A DNA stretch of 64,000 nt from an uncultured Bacilli bacterium. Its GTDB lineage: Bacteria > Bacillota_I > Bacilli_A > RF39 > UBA660. The translations under genes were made by a program, and so were the position numbers. Below are positions 46,892 to 55,073 of this stretch, piece after piece. Each line of letters starts with the position of its first letter. Position 1 is the stretch's first letter. The stretch covers positions 802 to 64,801 of the forward strand of contig CAKPCA010000004.1 in assembly GCA_934141145.1 (NCBI GenBank), read 5' to 3'. The notes under the pieces were generated by a model, which was given only the letters and a program-made list of their open reading frames with translations, was not told the DNA's origin and searched no databases.

Positions 46892-48647
46892 CGCCACTAT
46901 CACTTGAAAGAACGATTTTGCCGTTATGCGTTGCTGATAATCCGTCTTGTACGTTGCTATCATCATCAAATAGTTGTGGTTTAGTAGTTATTGTGTGATT
47001 TCTACTACCGATTAAATCCATATATATTTTTTTGCCATCGGTTTCCATATTACCTACAAATAATTTGATTAGATTACGTTTGCTTATTATATCTAATTCA
47101 TCAAACCTACAAATATATTTAGTTAGTATTTCAAAAACAACTTTGGCTGTTTCTTGGTCGTTAATGATTTGATTTGGTTGTTCTTGCTTTAATTTTTGTA
47201 TATTGGTTGCTATTTCATTGTTTTTACGTTTTAATTCTTTCATTTGTGCTTGTACTACATCAAATATTTCATCATCAACAAGTGCTAAACGATTAGCAAG
47301 ATTTTTTATTTCATTTTCATTTTTACTATAATTACGTTCTAATACTTGTAATTCATCATTTTTATTTTTGCTATCATAATCGTTGTCGGTTGCGATTTCT
47401 TCTATTGCTTTGTAAAATTCGCTTGTTGGATTTGCTAATTCTTTCATACCACGCATAACTAACTCATCGGCTTCATTTCCGTTTATGTTTTTACAAGAAC
47501 ATTTTTCGCCTTTACTTTTCATTTTTAAATCGCATATATAATCAAACCTTAAATCGCCGTTAGCCGTTTTATTTTGTTTTAGTTTTGCTCTCATAAGTGA
47601 ATGACAATGACTACAACGAAGAACACCAACTAATATTGCGTTATTCTTAATTGGTTTACGATAGTTTTTATCTTCATTTGCTTTTAATATTTCTTGTACT
47701 TGTACCCAATCTTTACCACTTATAATGCCGTTGTGTTGTCCAATAGCAACAATCCAATCTTGTAAATCTTTATATTTTACACGTCCCGTTTTAGTTTTTT
47801 CGGTTTTACAATAGCCAATTATTCCGTGTTTTCCGTTAAATTCTTCTTTATCGTTATATACTTCAACGTCATTTTCTAAAAAGTAATTAAGAACGTCTTT
47901 GTCAGCAACGGCATATACGGGATTTCTTAAAATGTTTTTAACACCCCAACGGGAAAAATCACAATTTCTTTTTGTCTTAAAATTATTTTGTATTAAAAAA
48001 CTTTCAACTTGTGTTTGTGATTTATATTCCAAAAATTTTTGAAATATTGTTTTAATAATTGCTATTTCATCATCAATAGGTACAAGTTTATATAAATTGA
48101 CTTTCTTTCCGTTTATGTTTTCTTTTTCCATCTTTTCACTCATAAATCCAAGTGGAACATTACCACCAAGCCAACGTCCCGTTTTTGCTAATTTATACAT
48201 ATTATCTCTTACACGTTCGGCGATTGTATCACGTTCAAGTTGTGCGAATGTAATTGCAATAAATAACATCGCTTTACCCATAGGGGTAGTCGTATCAAAC
48301 CTTTCACTTACTGAAATAAAGTTTACATCGTGTTCTTGCCAATCTTCATATAAATTAGCAAAGTCTAATACATTACGGGAAACACGGTCAAGACGATAAC
48401 AAATAATAGTATCAAACTCATCATTTTTAATTGCTTTCATCATTTCTTGGAATTGTGGTCTATCGGTATTTGCCCCCGTATAACCCTCATCGTTATATAC
48501 AATTATATCATCATCGGTTAAAGTTGTATCAATATACGTTTTTAAATAATGCTTACAAGTATCAATTTGGTTTTCTATACTTTCGCCTTTACCCGTAAAC
48601 TTTGATTTACGCGAATATATCGCTTTTTTTCTTTTTCTTTCTTCCAT
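46887..48647 (-). CDS. spoIVCA: Large serine recombinase (SpoIVCA/TnpX-like)
   Basis: The N-terminal resolvase domain reads KAIYSRKSKFTGKGESIENQ...CYRLDRVSRNVLDF (catalytic Ser in YSRKS). It also has a recombinase domain, a zinc-ribbon (CSHC...C..K...KC.C) and a coiled-coil. Its TGA stop (46889-46887) overlaps the CATT crossover core. Confidence 0.85.
   Translation of the reverse strand: MEERKRKKAIYSRKSKFTGKGESIENQIDTCKHYLKTYIDTTLTDDDIIVYNDEGYTGANTDRPQFQEMMKAIKNDEFDTIICYRLDRVSRNVLDFANLYEDWQEHDVNFISVSERFDTTTPMGKAMLFIAITFAQLERDTIAERVRDNMYKLAKTGRWLGGNVPLGFMSEKMEKENINGKKVNLYKLVPIDDEIAIIKTIFQKFLEYKSQTQVESFLIQNNFKTKRNCDFSRWGVKNILRNPVYAVADKDVLNYFLENDVEVYNDKEEFNGKHGIIGYCKTEKTKTGRVKYKDLQDWIVAIGQHNGIISGKDWVQVQEILKANEDKNYRKPIKNNAILVGVLRCSHCHSLMRAKLKQNKTANGDLRFDYICDLKMKSKGEKCSCKNINGNEADELVMRGMKELANPTSEFYKAIEEIATDNDYDSKNKNDELQVLERNYSKNENEIKNLANRLALVDDEIFDVVQAQMKELKRKNNEIATNIQKLKQEQPNQIINDQETAKVVFEILTKYICRFDELDIISKRNLIKLFVGNMETDGKKIYMDLIGSRNHTITTKPQLFDDDSNVQDGLSATHNGKIVLSSDSGE
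46888..46913. repeat. Left junction of the sigK-intervening element (shared core CATT plus the element-side inverted-repeat arm)
   Basis: The core CATT lies at 46888-46891. The arm CGCCACTATCACTTGAAAGAAC (46892-46913) is the imperfect inverted repeat of 54662-54681. Confidence 0.7.
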
Positions 48648-48765
48648 AAAAAGTCGTCCTTTCTTTTATGTGATATATAATATATTATATCATAAATTAT
48701 ACAATAAATATAGTATTTTCTATGATTTTGTGCTAAAATATTATATCAATGAAAGGACGTGTATT

Positions 48766-49713
48766 ATGCAAAATTGTTTAAAGAAAAACTTTTCACATCA
48801 TATTTTATTTGATAATAAGTATGCTGAACAATCATATATTGCGTATCTTTCAAAAGGAAAAAGAAAATACATAATGAATTCAAGCGATTATGTAGAAAGA
48901 TTTATTGTTTTTACTATTGATTTTATTTTTAGAATTAACAATGCAATTTGTAGACGTGGTTTAGTAGAAAATAACAAAGAAGATATAAGAAAATTGTATG
49001 ATACACCAAAAGATGTTGAAAAATATTCTTATTATACTAAAATGACGGTCAATGACGTTTATAACGATATAAAAAGATATAAACTTACAAATGAATATGA
49101 ACAAGAAATATTTGATATGTTAGAAAAGGTTGTAAACTTAAAAGATAAACTATTTACGAATTATGATGATTTTAAAAGTGGTATATATGAATTAGTAAAA
49201 ACGATTGATGACAAACATTATACTTGGATTGTTGGGGAAAATATTATATATAATAGGTCTATTCGCGATAACGAAAGTAAAAAATATTATTGTGCCGTTA
49301 TAGGTCAAAAAGGTTATAAAAGATTTAAAACGATTTATTATAATAATGTCTATTTAGAAACGCGTATAAAAAAGATTACGTTTGAACAAGTATGCGATTT
49401 ACTTATTGTTATTGCTGATACATACAACGAATTAATTATAAAAGAATATGACAATGCAAGTGATATCATTAACGATTATATAAAAAATAATGCCGATATG
49501 TTTAATTGTAAAGATATATATTATGCTAAAATATTTATGGATTTAAAGAAAATATCTTTATTATTACAAACTGATAAACAAAAAGATGTTGTAAAACTGA
49601 TGAAAGATATTATACAAAGTGAAAATAAAAAATATAAAAATGATTTTCTTTTATATGAAAATATACCGATTGATGAAAATGCTATTGAGCAAGGTCAATA
49701 TATTGAATTATAA
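48766..49713 (+). CDS. Hypothetical protein (315 aa), element cargo, divergent from the recombinase gene
   Basis: The preferred start is the ATG at 48766 behind GAAAGGA. No motif recognised. Confidence 0.45.
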   Translation: MQNCLKKNFSHHILFDNKYAEQSYIAYLSKGKRKYIMNSSDYVERFIVFTIDFIFRINNAICRRGLVENNKEDIRKLYDTPKDVEKYSYYTKMTVNDVYNDIKRYKLTNEYEQEIFDMLEKVVNLKDKLFTNYDDFKSGIYELVKTIDDKHYTWIVGENIIYNRSIRDNESKKYYCAVIGQKGYKRFKTIYYNNVYLETRIKKITFEQVCDLLIVIADTYNELIIKEYDNASDIINDYIKNNADMFNCKDIYYAKIFMDLKKISLLLQTDKQKDVVKLMKDIIQSENKKYKNDFLLYENIPIDENAIEQGQYIEL

Positions 49714-49863
49714 GGAAATAATATTAAAAAGTGCATTTTTTACAATAACCTACCAATTAGGTTAAATGCATTTTTTTTATTGTTTTCTTTTTTTCTTTTG
49801 CTAATATAGTTCTTGCAAAGAAAAAACGCGTTTCATATTTGCAAGATGGGGGGTGGTCAATAA

Positions 49864-50064
49864 TTGGAATTAATTATCAATTTGCCAACTGATGAAAAAG
49901 GAATAAAAGAATTCAATACGGCTTTTGCAAAAGTACAAGCAACGTTAGTGAAAAAATGTATTGATGATTTGAATATTGATAAACAATCTAAACAAAAGGT
50001 AGTTAATGAATTGTTGACTACTCTAAAAAAACAAGTTGACGAAAGGAAAATGAAGAATGAATAA
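49864..50064 (+). CDS. Small conserved element protein, paralog A1 (66 aa)
   Basis: It has a TTG start behind GGGGGGTGG. LIINLPTDEKGIKEFNTAFAKVQ... is about 55-60% identical to 53976..54179. Confidence 0.5.
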   Translation: MELIINLPTDEKGIKEFNTAFAKVQATLVKKCIDDLNIDKQSKQKVVNELLTTLKKQVDERKMKNE

Positions 50065-50419
50065 TGAAGAAAATATAAAAGAAAAAACGAAAGAAAAAAT
50101 AAAAGAAAAAAAAGTCTATTTATCCGATAATAAAAATGATAGCAAACAACGTGAAGCAGTAGACAATTTAAAAAAAGCAATCGTAAAAGAAGCAATCAAA
50201 AATTATACTGATGAAACGCCAAGTGGCTTATGGTTTGACTTATTTATGATATATTTAGAAAGTAGAACAAAACCTAATAAATCAAAAAATGATTTTAATT
50301 ATCGCATAGAACGTATTTATAACAATGTTATAAGTATGTATAGCGATTTTAAAGAATTTACCGAACCCGTTTTAAACAAAAGTAGAAAAGCAACAATAGT
50401 TGATAATAATAACAACTAA
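50057..50419 (+). CDS. Hypothetical protein (120 aa)
   Basis: This ORF overlaps the previous stop. A hairpin follows at about 50508-50540. Confidence 0.4.
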   Translation: MNNEENIKEKTKEKIKEKKVYLSDNKNDSKQREAVDNLKKAIVKEAIKNYTDETPSGLWFDLFMIYLESRTKPNKSKNDFNYRIERIYNNVISMYSDFKEFTEPVLNKSRKATIVDNNNN

Positions 50420-51070
50420 ACTAAAATTAAAGTATTCCTATACTACAAATAAACTAAAAGAAAGGATTTGATAAACTTAATTTAAACTATATTTAAAGAT
50501 ATAACAAAGGAGTGGACTTACATTAAGTCTATTCCTTTTATTATTATTTAAAATATTGATATTAATATATGTAAGAGTAAATACTATTTTTATAATAAAT
50601 AGATTAGTTAAATACTATATAAGTAAATTAAGTTAAATTTAATATAATTATATATAAATAAATTAATAAAATAATATAATACAAGTTAAATGTATTAAAA
50701 GTATTATTATCTTTTCATAAGGAATAATATTATTTTTTTACCATAAGACTATTATTATATATTTATAATTTAATATAGTTTATAACCTTTTGTAAAGTAT
50801 AGATTTAAAGAAAATTAATTAACCCCCTAATAAAAATTATTATTCACTTCGTTCATAATAATTTTATTCCCCCTTCTTGATAAAAGAAAATTCCACCTTT
50901 TAGAAAATAAGCAAATTAAGGTTGTTTTAAACGGCAATTAGGTATTTGACTTATAATTTATCTATTTAATGATTTTCATAACAGAGAACAACCTAATTTT
51001 GCTAAATAAAAGGTGTTTATATAAATTGAAAGAGTGTATATACAATGACGTATAAACACTCTTTATTTTT

Positions 51071-51310
51071 TTAGTCTATGTCTTTAAAGAATTCACACAT
51101 AGATACATTCAATTTTTTAGATATTACATATAAGAACTCTAAACTAAATGTTTGATAACTACTATTTTCAATATTAGCAATAGTACCCTCATTATATTGT
51201 ATTAAATCGGCTAATTGAACTTGTGTAAGTCCTTTTTCTTTTCTAATTCTTTTTATGTTTTTACCAACTATCACATAAATATACTTGTTATCATCTTTCT
51301 TTATTTCCAC
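51071..51310 (-). CDS. XRE-family HTH transcriptional regulator
   Basis: NIKRIRKEKGLTQVQLADLIQYNEGTIANIEN is the Cro/CI-type HTH pattern. Confidence 0.7.
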   Translation of the reverse strand: MEIKKDDNKYIYVIVGKNIKRIRKEKGLTQVQLADLIQYNEGTIANIENSSYQTFSLEFLYVISKKLNVSMCEFFKDID

Positions 51311-51388
51311 GAAATCATCACCATAATAATTATCTTATGAACATTTATCAAATGTACTACATTTAATATATGTAGTTATGGCGATTAT

Positions 51389-51634
51389 ATGTTAAAATTA
51401 TATTGGAGGTGGAATATGTTAAAAAAAATATTTGTGATACTTGCTATCGTTGGTATGATTTTAATTGGTGTGTTAGCATTTACTATACCAAGTAATCCAA
51501 ACGAAATTATACCAACAATGACAATAACGGGATTTGATAAGCCGTTATGGTTTTACATTATATTTGGTTTTGGATTTATTTATCTAATGATATTATGGTC
51601 AATCTATGATAAATTAAAAGAAAAAATAGCATAA
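51389..51634 (+). CDS. Small two-TM membrane protein
   Basis: It has two hydrophobic helices. The start is uncertain (an alternative ATG lies at 51416). It is divergent from an XRE gene. Confidence 0.4.
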   Translation: MLKLYWRWNMLKKIFVILAIVGMILIGVLAFTIPSNPNEIIPTMTITGFDKPLWFYIIFGFGFIYLMILWSIYDKLKEKIA

Positions 51635-51645
51635 CGGGAATTATA

Positions 51646-51903
51646 CTATTTTGTGTCGCTGACGTCATCAAATAATTGCCTTATATCAATATTTAATGCG
51701 TCGGCAATTCTTCCTATGACTACCAAAGTAAAATATTTATTAGGATTTGCACTTTCAATTTGCGATATGTAGTGCATACTAACATCTATTCTATCGGCTA
51801 ATTCTTGTTGTGTTATATTAGCCAATGTTCTATACTTTTTAATGTTTTTCCTAACAATATTGTAATAATAGTAGTCATCGTGGAAATCGAACTTTTTGTC
51901 CAT
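51646..51903 (-). CDS. XRE-family HTH transcriptional regulator
   Basis: The preferred start is the ATG at 51903 behind GGTGG. The HTH reads NIKKYRTLANITQQELADRIDVSMHYISQIES. Confidence 0.7.
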   Translation of the reverse strand: MDKKFDFHDDYYYYNIVRKNIKKYRTLANITQQELADRIDVSMHYISQIESANPNKYFTLVVIGRIADALNIDIRQLFDDVSDTK

Positions 51904-52004
51904 AATTACCACCTATTAATATTATTTCAAACTATTGGTTAGAATTATATGCACTGATGGTTAGAATTATGGTATAATAGTATTATAGAAAAGGAGTATG
52001 TTGT

Positions 52005-52763
52005 ATGAAAAAGAAAATTAGTTTATTTATATTATGTGGTGTTATTTTATTAGGTTTATGTGGTTGTGGTAATAAAGAAACTACTTTTCAATTAAGTTAT
52101 GAAAAGATATCTGATGATTTGATAATCACAAGTGGTTCAACGGGTTATAAAATAATTCTACCAACAAACACAAAGTTTTTTGAAAAGCCCGATGTATTAA
52201 AAGGAATTTTTAAATTTTATGATTATTCTAATGGAGAAAGAATTGAAGATATTTCTTATAGTACAAATATTGATGTATCTAAAGCTGGAATATATACGAT
52301 TGATATAGAGGGTAAATATAATGAGAAAATTGGTACGACACAATTAGAAGTGGAACTTGTAGAAAGTTGTAGTGGTACTTGTACCATAAACACAACTAAT
52401 TGGAATATTGAATTAGATGGTACTTTTACTTATGGTGATTATAGTCCTAATTATATTTTAAAAGTTAAATCAACTTTTTCACCAAATGCAAGTGCTTTTG
52501 AGTTTAATACTAAAACCGAGCAATATGAACCTATAAATGATGGTTTTATAAATCTATATTATAAAAATTATGCTTTTTACAATACGGAACAAGCAAGCAC
52601 ATATAATTATGGCGACAATGCAATAAGTCAAAACTATCAATTAAATGAAAAGAAAGAAAATATGTATGTTCAATTTACATCTATTCCTAAACTTGAAGGA
52701 GAAGCATTTATAGATTTTTATGACAAAGTAGCAAAAAAACATAATTTTTACATAGTAAATTAA
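52005..52763 (+). CDS. Lipoprotein of unknown function
   Basis: Signal peptide with the lipobox LCGCG. Confidence 0.6.
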   Translation: MKKKISLFILCGVILLGLCGCGNKETTFQLSYEKISDDLIITSGSTGYKIILPTNTKFFEKPDVLKGIFKFYDYSNGERIEDISYSTNIDVSKAGIYTIDIEGKYNEKIGTTQLEVELVESCSGTCTINTTNWNIELDGTFTYGDYSPNYILKVKSTFSPNASAFEFNTKTEQYEPINDGFINLYYKNYAFYNTEQASTYNYGDNAISQNYQLNEKKENMYVQFTSIPKLEGEAFIDFYDKVAKKHNFYIVN

Positions 52764-52782
52764 GAAAGGAGAAAAGATTTGT

Positions 52783-53112
52783 ATGAAAAAAATTTTTATA
52801 ATAATAATGCTATTATCAATAGTAGTATTAAGTGGTTGCTCAAATAAAAGCGAAAATAACCTAAATGGTAAATATGTTTCAATAAAAGATAACAATGAAT
52901 ATTTAGAAATATATGATGATGGAAAATGCTATTATCATAATAATAGTATGGATATTCACGATTGTACATATTATAATTCAAATAATAGTATTAGGATTGA
53001 ATATGGTGAATATAATGTAATAACAGAAAAAGAAGAACATCACTCCCAAGTTTTTGAAATAGTTGATAATAACCTTAAAAAAAGTGATGGAACAATGTTT
53101 TACATTAAATAA
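52783..53112 (+). CDS. Small lipoprotein of unknown function
   Basis: Signal peptide with the lipobox LSGCS. A terminator-like hairpin follows at about 53111-53146. Confidence 0.6.
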   Translation: MKKIFIIIMLLSIVVLSGCSNKSENNLNGKYVSIKDNNEYLEIYDDGKCYYHNNSMDIHDCTYYNSNNSIRIEYGEYNVITEKEEHHSQVFEIVDNNLKKSDGTMFYIK

Positions 53113-53463
53113 GTATATAGGCAAATGCTTATATACTTTTTCTTTTGGCTAAATCTAATTACGGGCAAACTTGCTCTTTTAGAATATGAATACCTTTTTT
53201 TACTCAACCTGACCCCCTATACCTAATAAAACTTATTTTAAAGGTTATTCCTGTTCGTTTTTATCTTTTATGATGAATTACACTAACTTTATATAAATGT
53301 GTCTAAAAACGGGCTAAAAATGGCAAATAAAGGTATATTACAAGAACATTTGTTCTATATAATTTTATTGTCTTAACTATCTATATGTTATATATGTATT
53401 ATTGATAACAATTTATAGTTTTGCTTTCTCATTTCTACTACTAAATAAGGAGATGATGAAAGT

Positions 53464-53652
53464 ATGAATAATACAACATACTATAATTTAAAAGATATTA
53501 GTATCTTAATTAAAACACCTATACCATATTTAAGAAAAATGATAAAAGAACATAAACTAATAGCAAGTTTTATTGGTAGACAATATGTCGTTAGTGATAA
53601 TGATTTAAAAATATATATTAATAATTGTAAAGGTGCTAAAAATGAAAAATAA
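53464..53652 (+). CDS. Excisionase-family (MerR-like) HTH protein; candidate recombination directionality factor
   Basis: 62 aa. YYNLKDISILIKTPIPYLRKMIKEHKLIASFIGRQYVVSDNDLKIYI follows the excisionase-family DNA-binding domain pattern. The RBS is AAGGAG. Confidence 0.55.
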   Translation: MNNTTYYNLKDISILIKTPIPYLRKMIKEHKLIASFIGRQYVVSDNDLKIYINNCKGAKNEK

Positions 53653-53935
53653 TAAAGTTAGTATTGATTTAGATTTAGAAGATTTATTTGGATTAAAAGA
53701 AAACACCAATACACTTGAATATGATTTGAATTTCATTATTGATAATGGTATAGATAAATATTTAGAAAAACAACAAGAAGAAAAAACAAAAGATAAAGAA
53801 TTTATGGAATTATTTAAAAGGAATTATAACAATATAGTTAAGTTTATAGAAATGGACGGACGTATTGCCGTTAATTGTTATACGTGCATTAAAGGTATGG
53901 ATTTATCAAAAAAATATGGTAAACCTAAAAAATAA
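53642..53935 (+). CDS. Hypothetical protein (about 97 aa)
   Basis: This ORF overlaps the Xis-like gene. The ATG at 53642 lies behind AAAGGTG. Confidence 0.4.
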   Translation: MKNNKVSIDLDLEDLFGLKENTNTLEYDLNFIIDNGIDKYLEKQQEEKTKDKEFMELFKRNYNNIVKFIEMDGRIAVNCYTCIKGMDLSKKYGKPKK

Positions 53936-53975
53936 TATTTTTTCTTTTTTGTCATACCTTTAATTAGGTGGTTAA

Positions 53976-54179
53976 ATGCAACTAATAATAAATTGTCCTA
54001 CTGATGAAAAAGGAATAAAAGAGTTTAACACGGCTTTTGCCCAAGTACAAAAGGAATTAGTTTTATATAGTATAAGAAAATTAAATCTTGATATTCAATC
54101 AAAAGAAAAAATATTAAATCATTTAGTAATTGAGTTAAAAAAGCAAGTAGACAAAAAAGAGAGATTAAAGGAATTATAA
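53976..54179 (+). CDS. Small conserved element protein, paralog A2 (67 aa)
   Basis: MQLIINCPTDEKGIKEFNTAFAQVQ... is paralogous to 49864..50064. The RBS is AGGTGG. Confidence 0.5.
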   Translation: MQLIINCPTDEKGIKEFNTAFAQVQKELVLYSIRKLNLDIQSKEKILNHLVIELKKQVDKKERLKEL

Positions 54180-54548
54180 ATATTCTTTTAATCTCTCATA
54201 TTTTTTTCGGCTTATGTGGGTGTTTCCAAGTTCCCAACGTCTAACTGATGTATCACTAACACCTAATAAGTCGGCGAATGCTTGTCTTGATACTTTAAGT
54301 TTTTTTCTTGCTTTTAAAATCTTATCACACGGATTGTCTAACAAGAATGATATGTATTCATCATTTATAATAAGTTTATCTTCAATATTCAACTCTTTAA
54401 TGATACCTTTTATAAGTTCAACGTTAACAAGTTTAATATCTTTATTTTCTAAATGATTTAAGGTACTACGATGAAAGTTTAATTTTGTTCCTAAATCGGT
54501 TTGCTTAATATCATCAATAGAACGATAATATTTGATTTGTTCCCCCAA
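54174..54548 (-). CDS. Regulator with two XRE-type HTH domains
   Basis: The N-terminal HTH is IKYYRSIDDIKQTDLGTKLNFHRSTLNHLEN. The second HTH is ILKARKKLKVSRQAFADLLGVSDTSVRRWELG. Confidence 0.6.
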   Translation of the reverse strand: MGEQIKYYRSIDDIKQTDLGTKLNFHRSTLNHLENKDIKLVNVELIKGIIKELNIEDKLIINDEYISFLLDNPCDKILKARKKLKVSRQAFADLLGVSDTSVRRWELGNTHISRKKYERLKEYL

Positions 54549-54661
54549 CGTACTTTGCGACGTGATATTCTTAACTTGTCTACAAGTATGGGTTGTTAAT
54601 GTAAAAGAAAGTTCACAAAACGTACTAATTTTTGAAAATAGGTCATTTATTGCAACATATA

Positions 54662-54685
54662 GTTCTTTTAGGTGATAGTCGCATT
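54662..54685. repeat. Right junction of the sigK-intervening element
   Basis: The element-side arm GTTCTTTTAGGTGATAGTCG (54662-54681) is followed by the core CATT (54682-54685). Confidence 0.7.
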
Positions 54686-55048
54686 ATCTATACATCTTGC
54701 ACAATATGTAGTGAGTTTAGTACCATGTTTATATGAATATGTATCTATTCCTTTAATTAAACCTATTATTCCTATACTTATTAAGTCATCTACATCTGTT
54801 CTATTAGTTTCGTATTTTTTTACTATATGTACAACTAATCTTAAATTATGTTCTATAAGTTTATTTCTAGCTTCTTTATCTCCATTTAAGTACTTTTTTA
54901 TACATTCTTCCTCTTCTTCTTTACTTAGTGGATCAGGAAATACATTATTAGAATAACTTCCTGTAAAACAAAACATACTTTTTATTAAAGTAGTTAAAAC
55001 TGTTAAAAACAAAATATCACTTCCTAATAAAATATATGCAAAACACAT
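54668..55048 (-). CDS. sigK: 5' segment of the split sigK gene (spoIVCB-equivalent; pro-sequence plus sigma region 2)
   Basis: It reads ...FTGSYSNNVFPDPLSKEEEEECIKKYLNGDKEARNKLIEHNLRLVVHIVKKYE....DDLISIGIIGLIKGIDTY....GTKLTTYCARCIDN, then four element-encoded codons (ATIT) and a stop. The start is uncertain. The ATG at 55048 lies inside the spoIVB terminator hairpin. A TTG at 55012 behind AGGAAGTG would give a pro-sequence of about 20 aa. Confidence 0.85.
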   Translation of the reverse strand: MCFAYILLGSDILFLTVLTTLIKSMFCFTGSYSNNVFPDPLSKEEEEECIKKYLNGDKEARNKLIEHNLRLVVHIVKKYETNRTDVDDLISIGIIGLIKGIDTYSYKHGTKLTTYCARCIDNATIT

Positions 55049-55073
55049 AGATTTAATCTATGTGTTTTTATTT

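Larger units (their letters stand above)
46892..54685. mobile_element. Skin-like sigK-intervening element, about 7.8 kb
   Basis: It is bounded by the two sigK halves, by a shared CATT core and by inverted arms of about 20 bp. It encodes a large serine recombinase, an Xis-like HTH protein, XRE repressors and lipoproteins, but no phage structural genes. By eye it has more G+C and more CG dinucleotides than the flanks (not computed). Confidence 0.8.

Noticed and set aside
46892-46969. The 26-codon N-terminal extension (MMMIATYKTDYQQRITAKSFFQVIVA) of the sigK 3'-segment ORF.
   Set aside because: It lies inside the intervening element and overlaps the recombinase 3' end in another frame. It has no RBS and is not sigma-like. 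Sigma homology starts exactly at the junction.
48648-48765. A search for sigma-E/sigma-K type mother-cell promoter motifs upstream of the recombinase gene.
   Set aside because: Only loose matches were found (for example CACATAAAAG), which cannot be told apart from background in AT-rich sequence. No promoter was called.
50821-50872. An inverted repeat (AATAAAAATTATTAT...ATAATAATTTTATT) flanked by CCCCC runs. I considered it as a MITE or an additional att site.
   Set aside because: It is a single copy in the window, with no target-site duplication or similarity to the CATT junctions. In DNA this AT-rich, such palindromes arise easily. It is mentioned only inside the cargo finding.
46892-54685. 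The possibility that the sigK-intervening element is a complete, inducible prophage.
   Set aside because: The 7.8 kb contains no recognisable capsid, portal, terminase, tail or lysis genes. Only a recombinase, an Xis-like gene, repressors, lipoproteins and small unknown genes are present.
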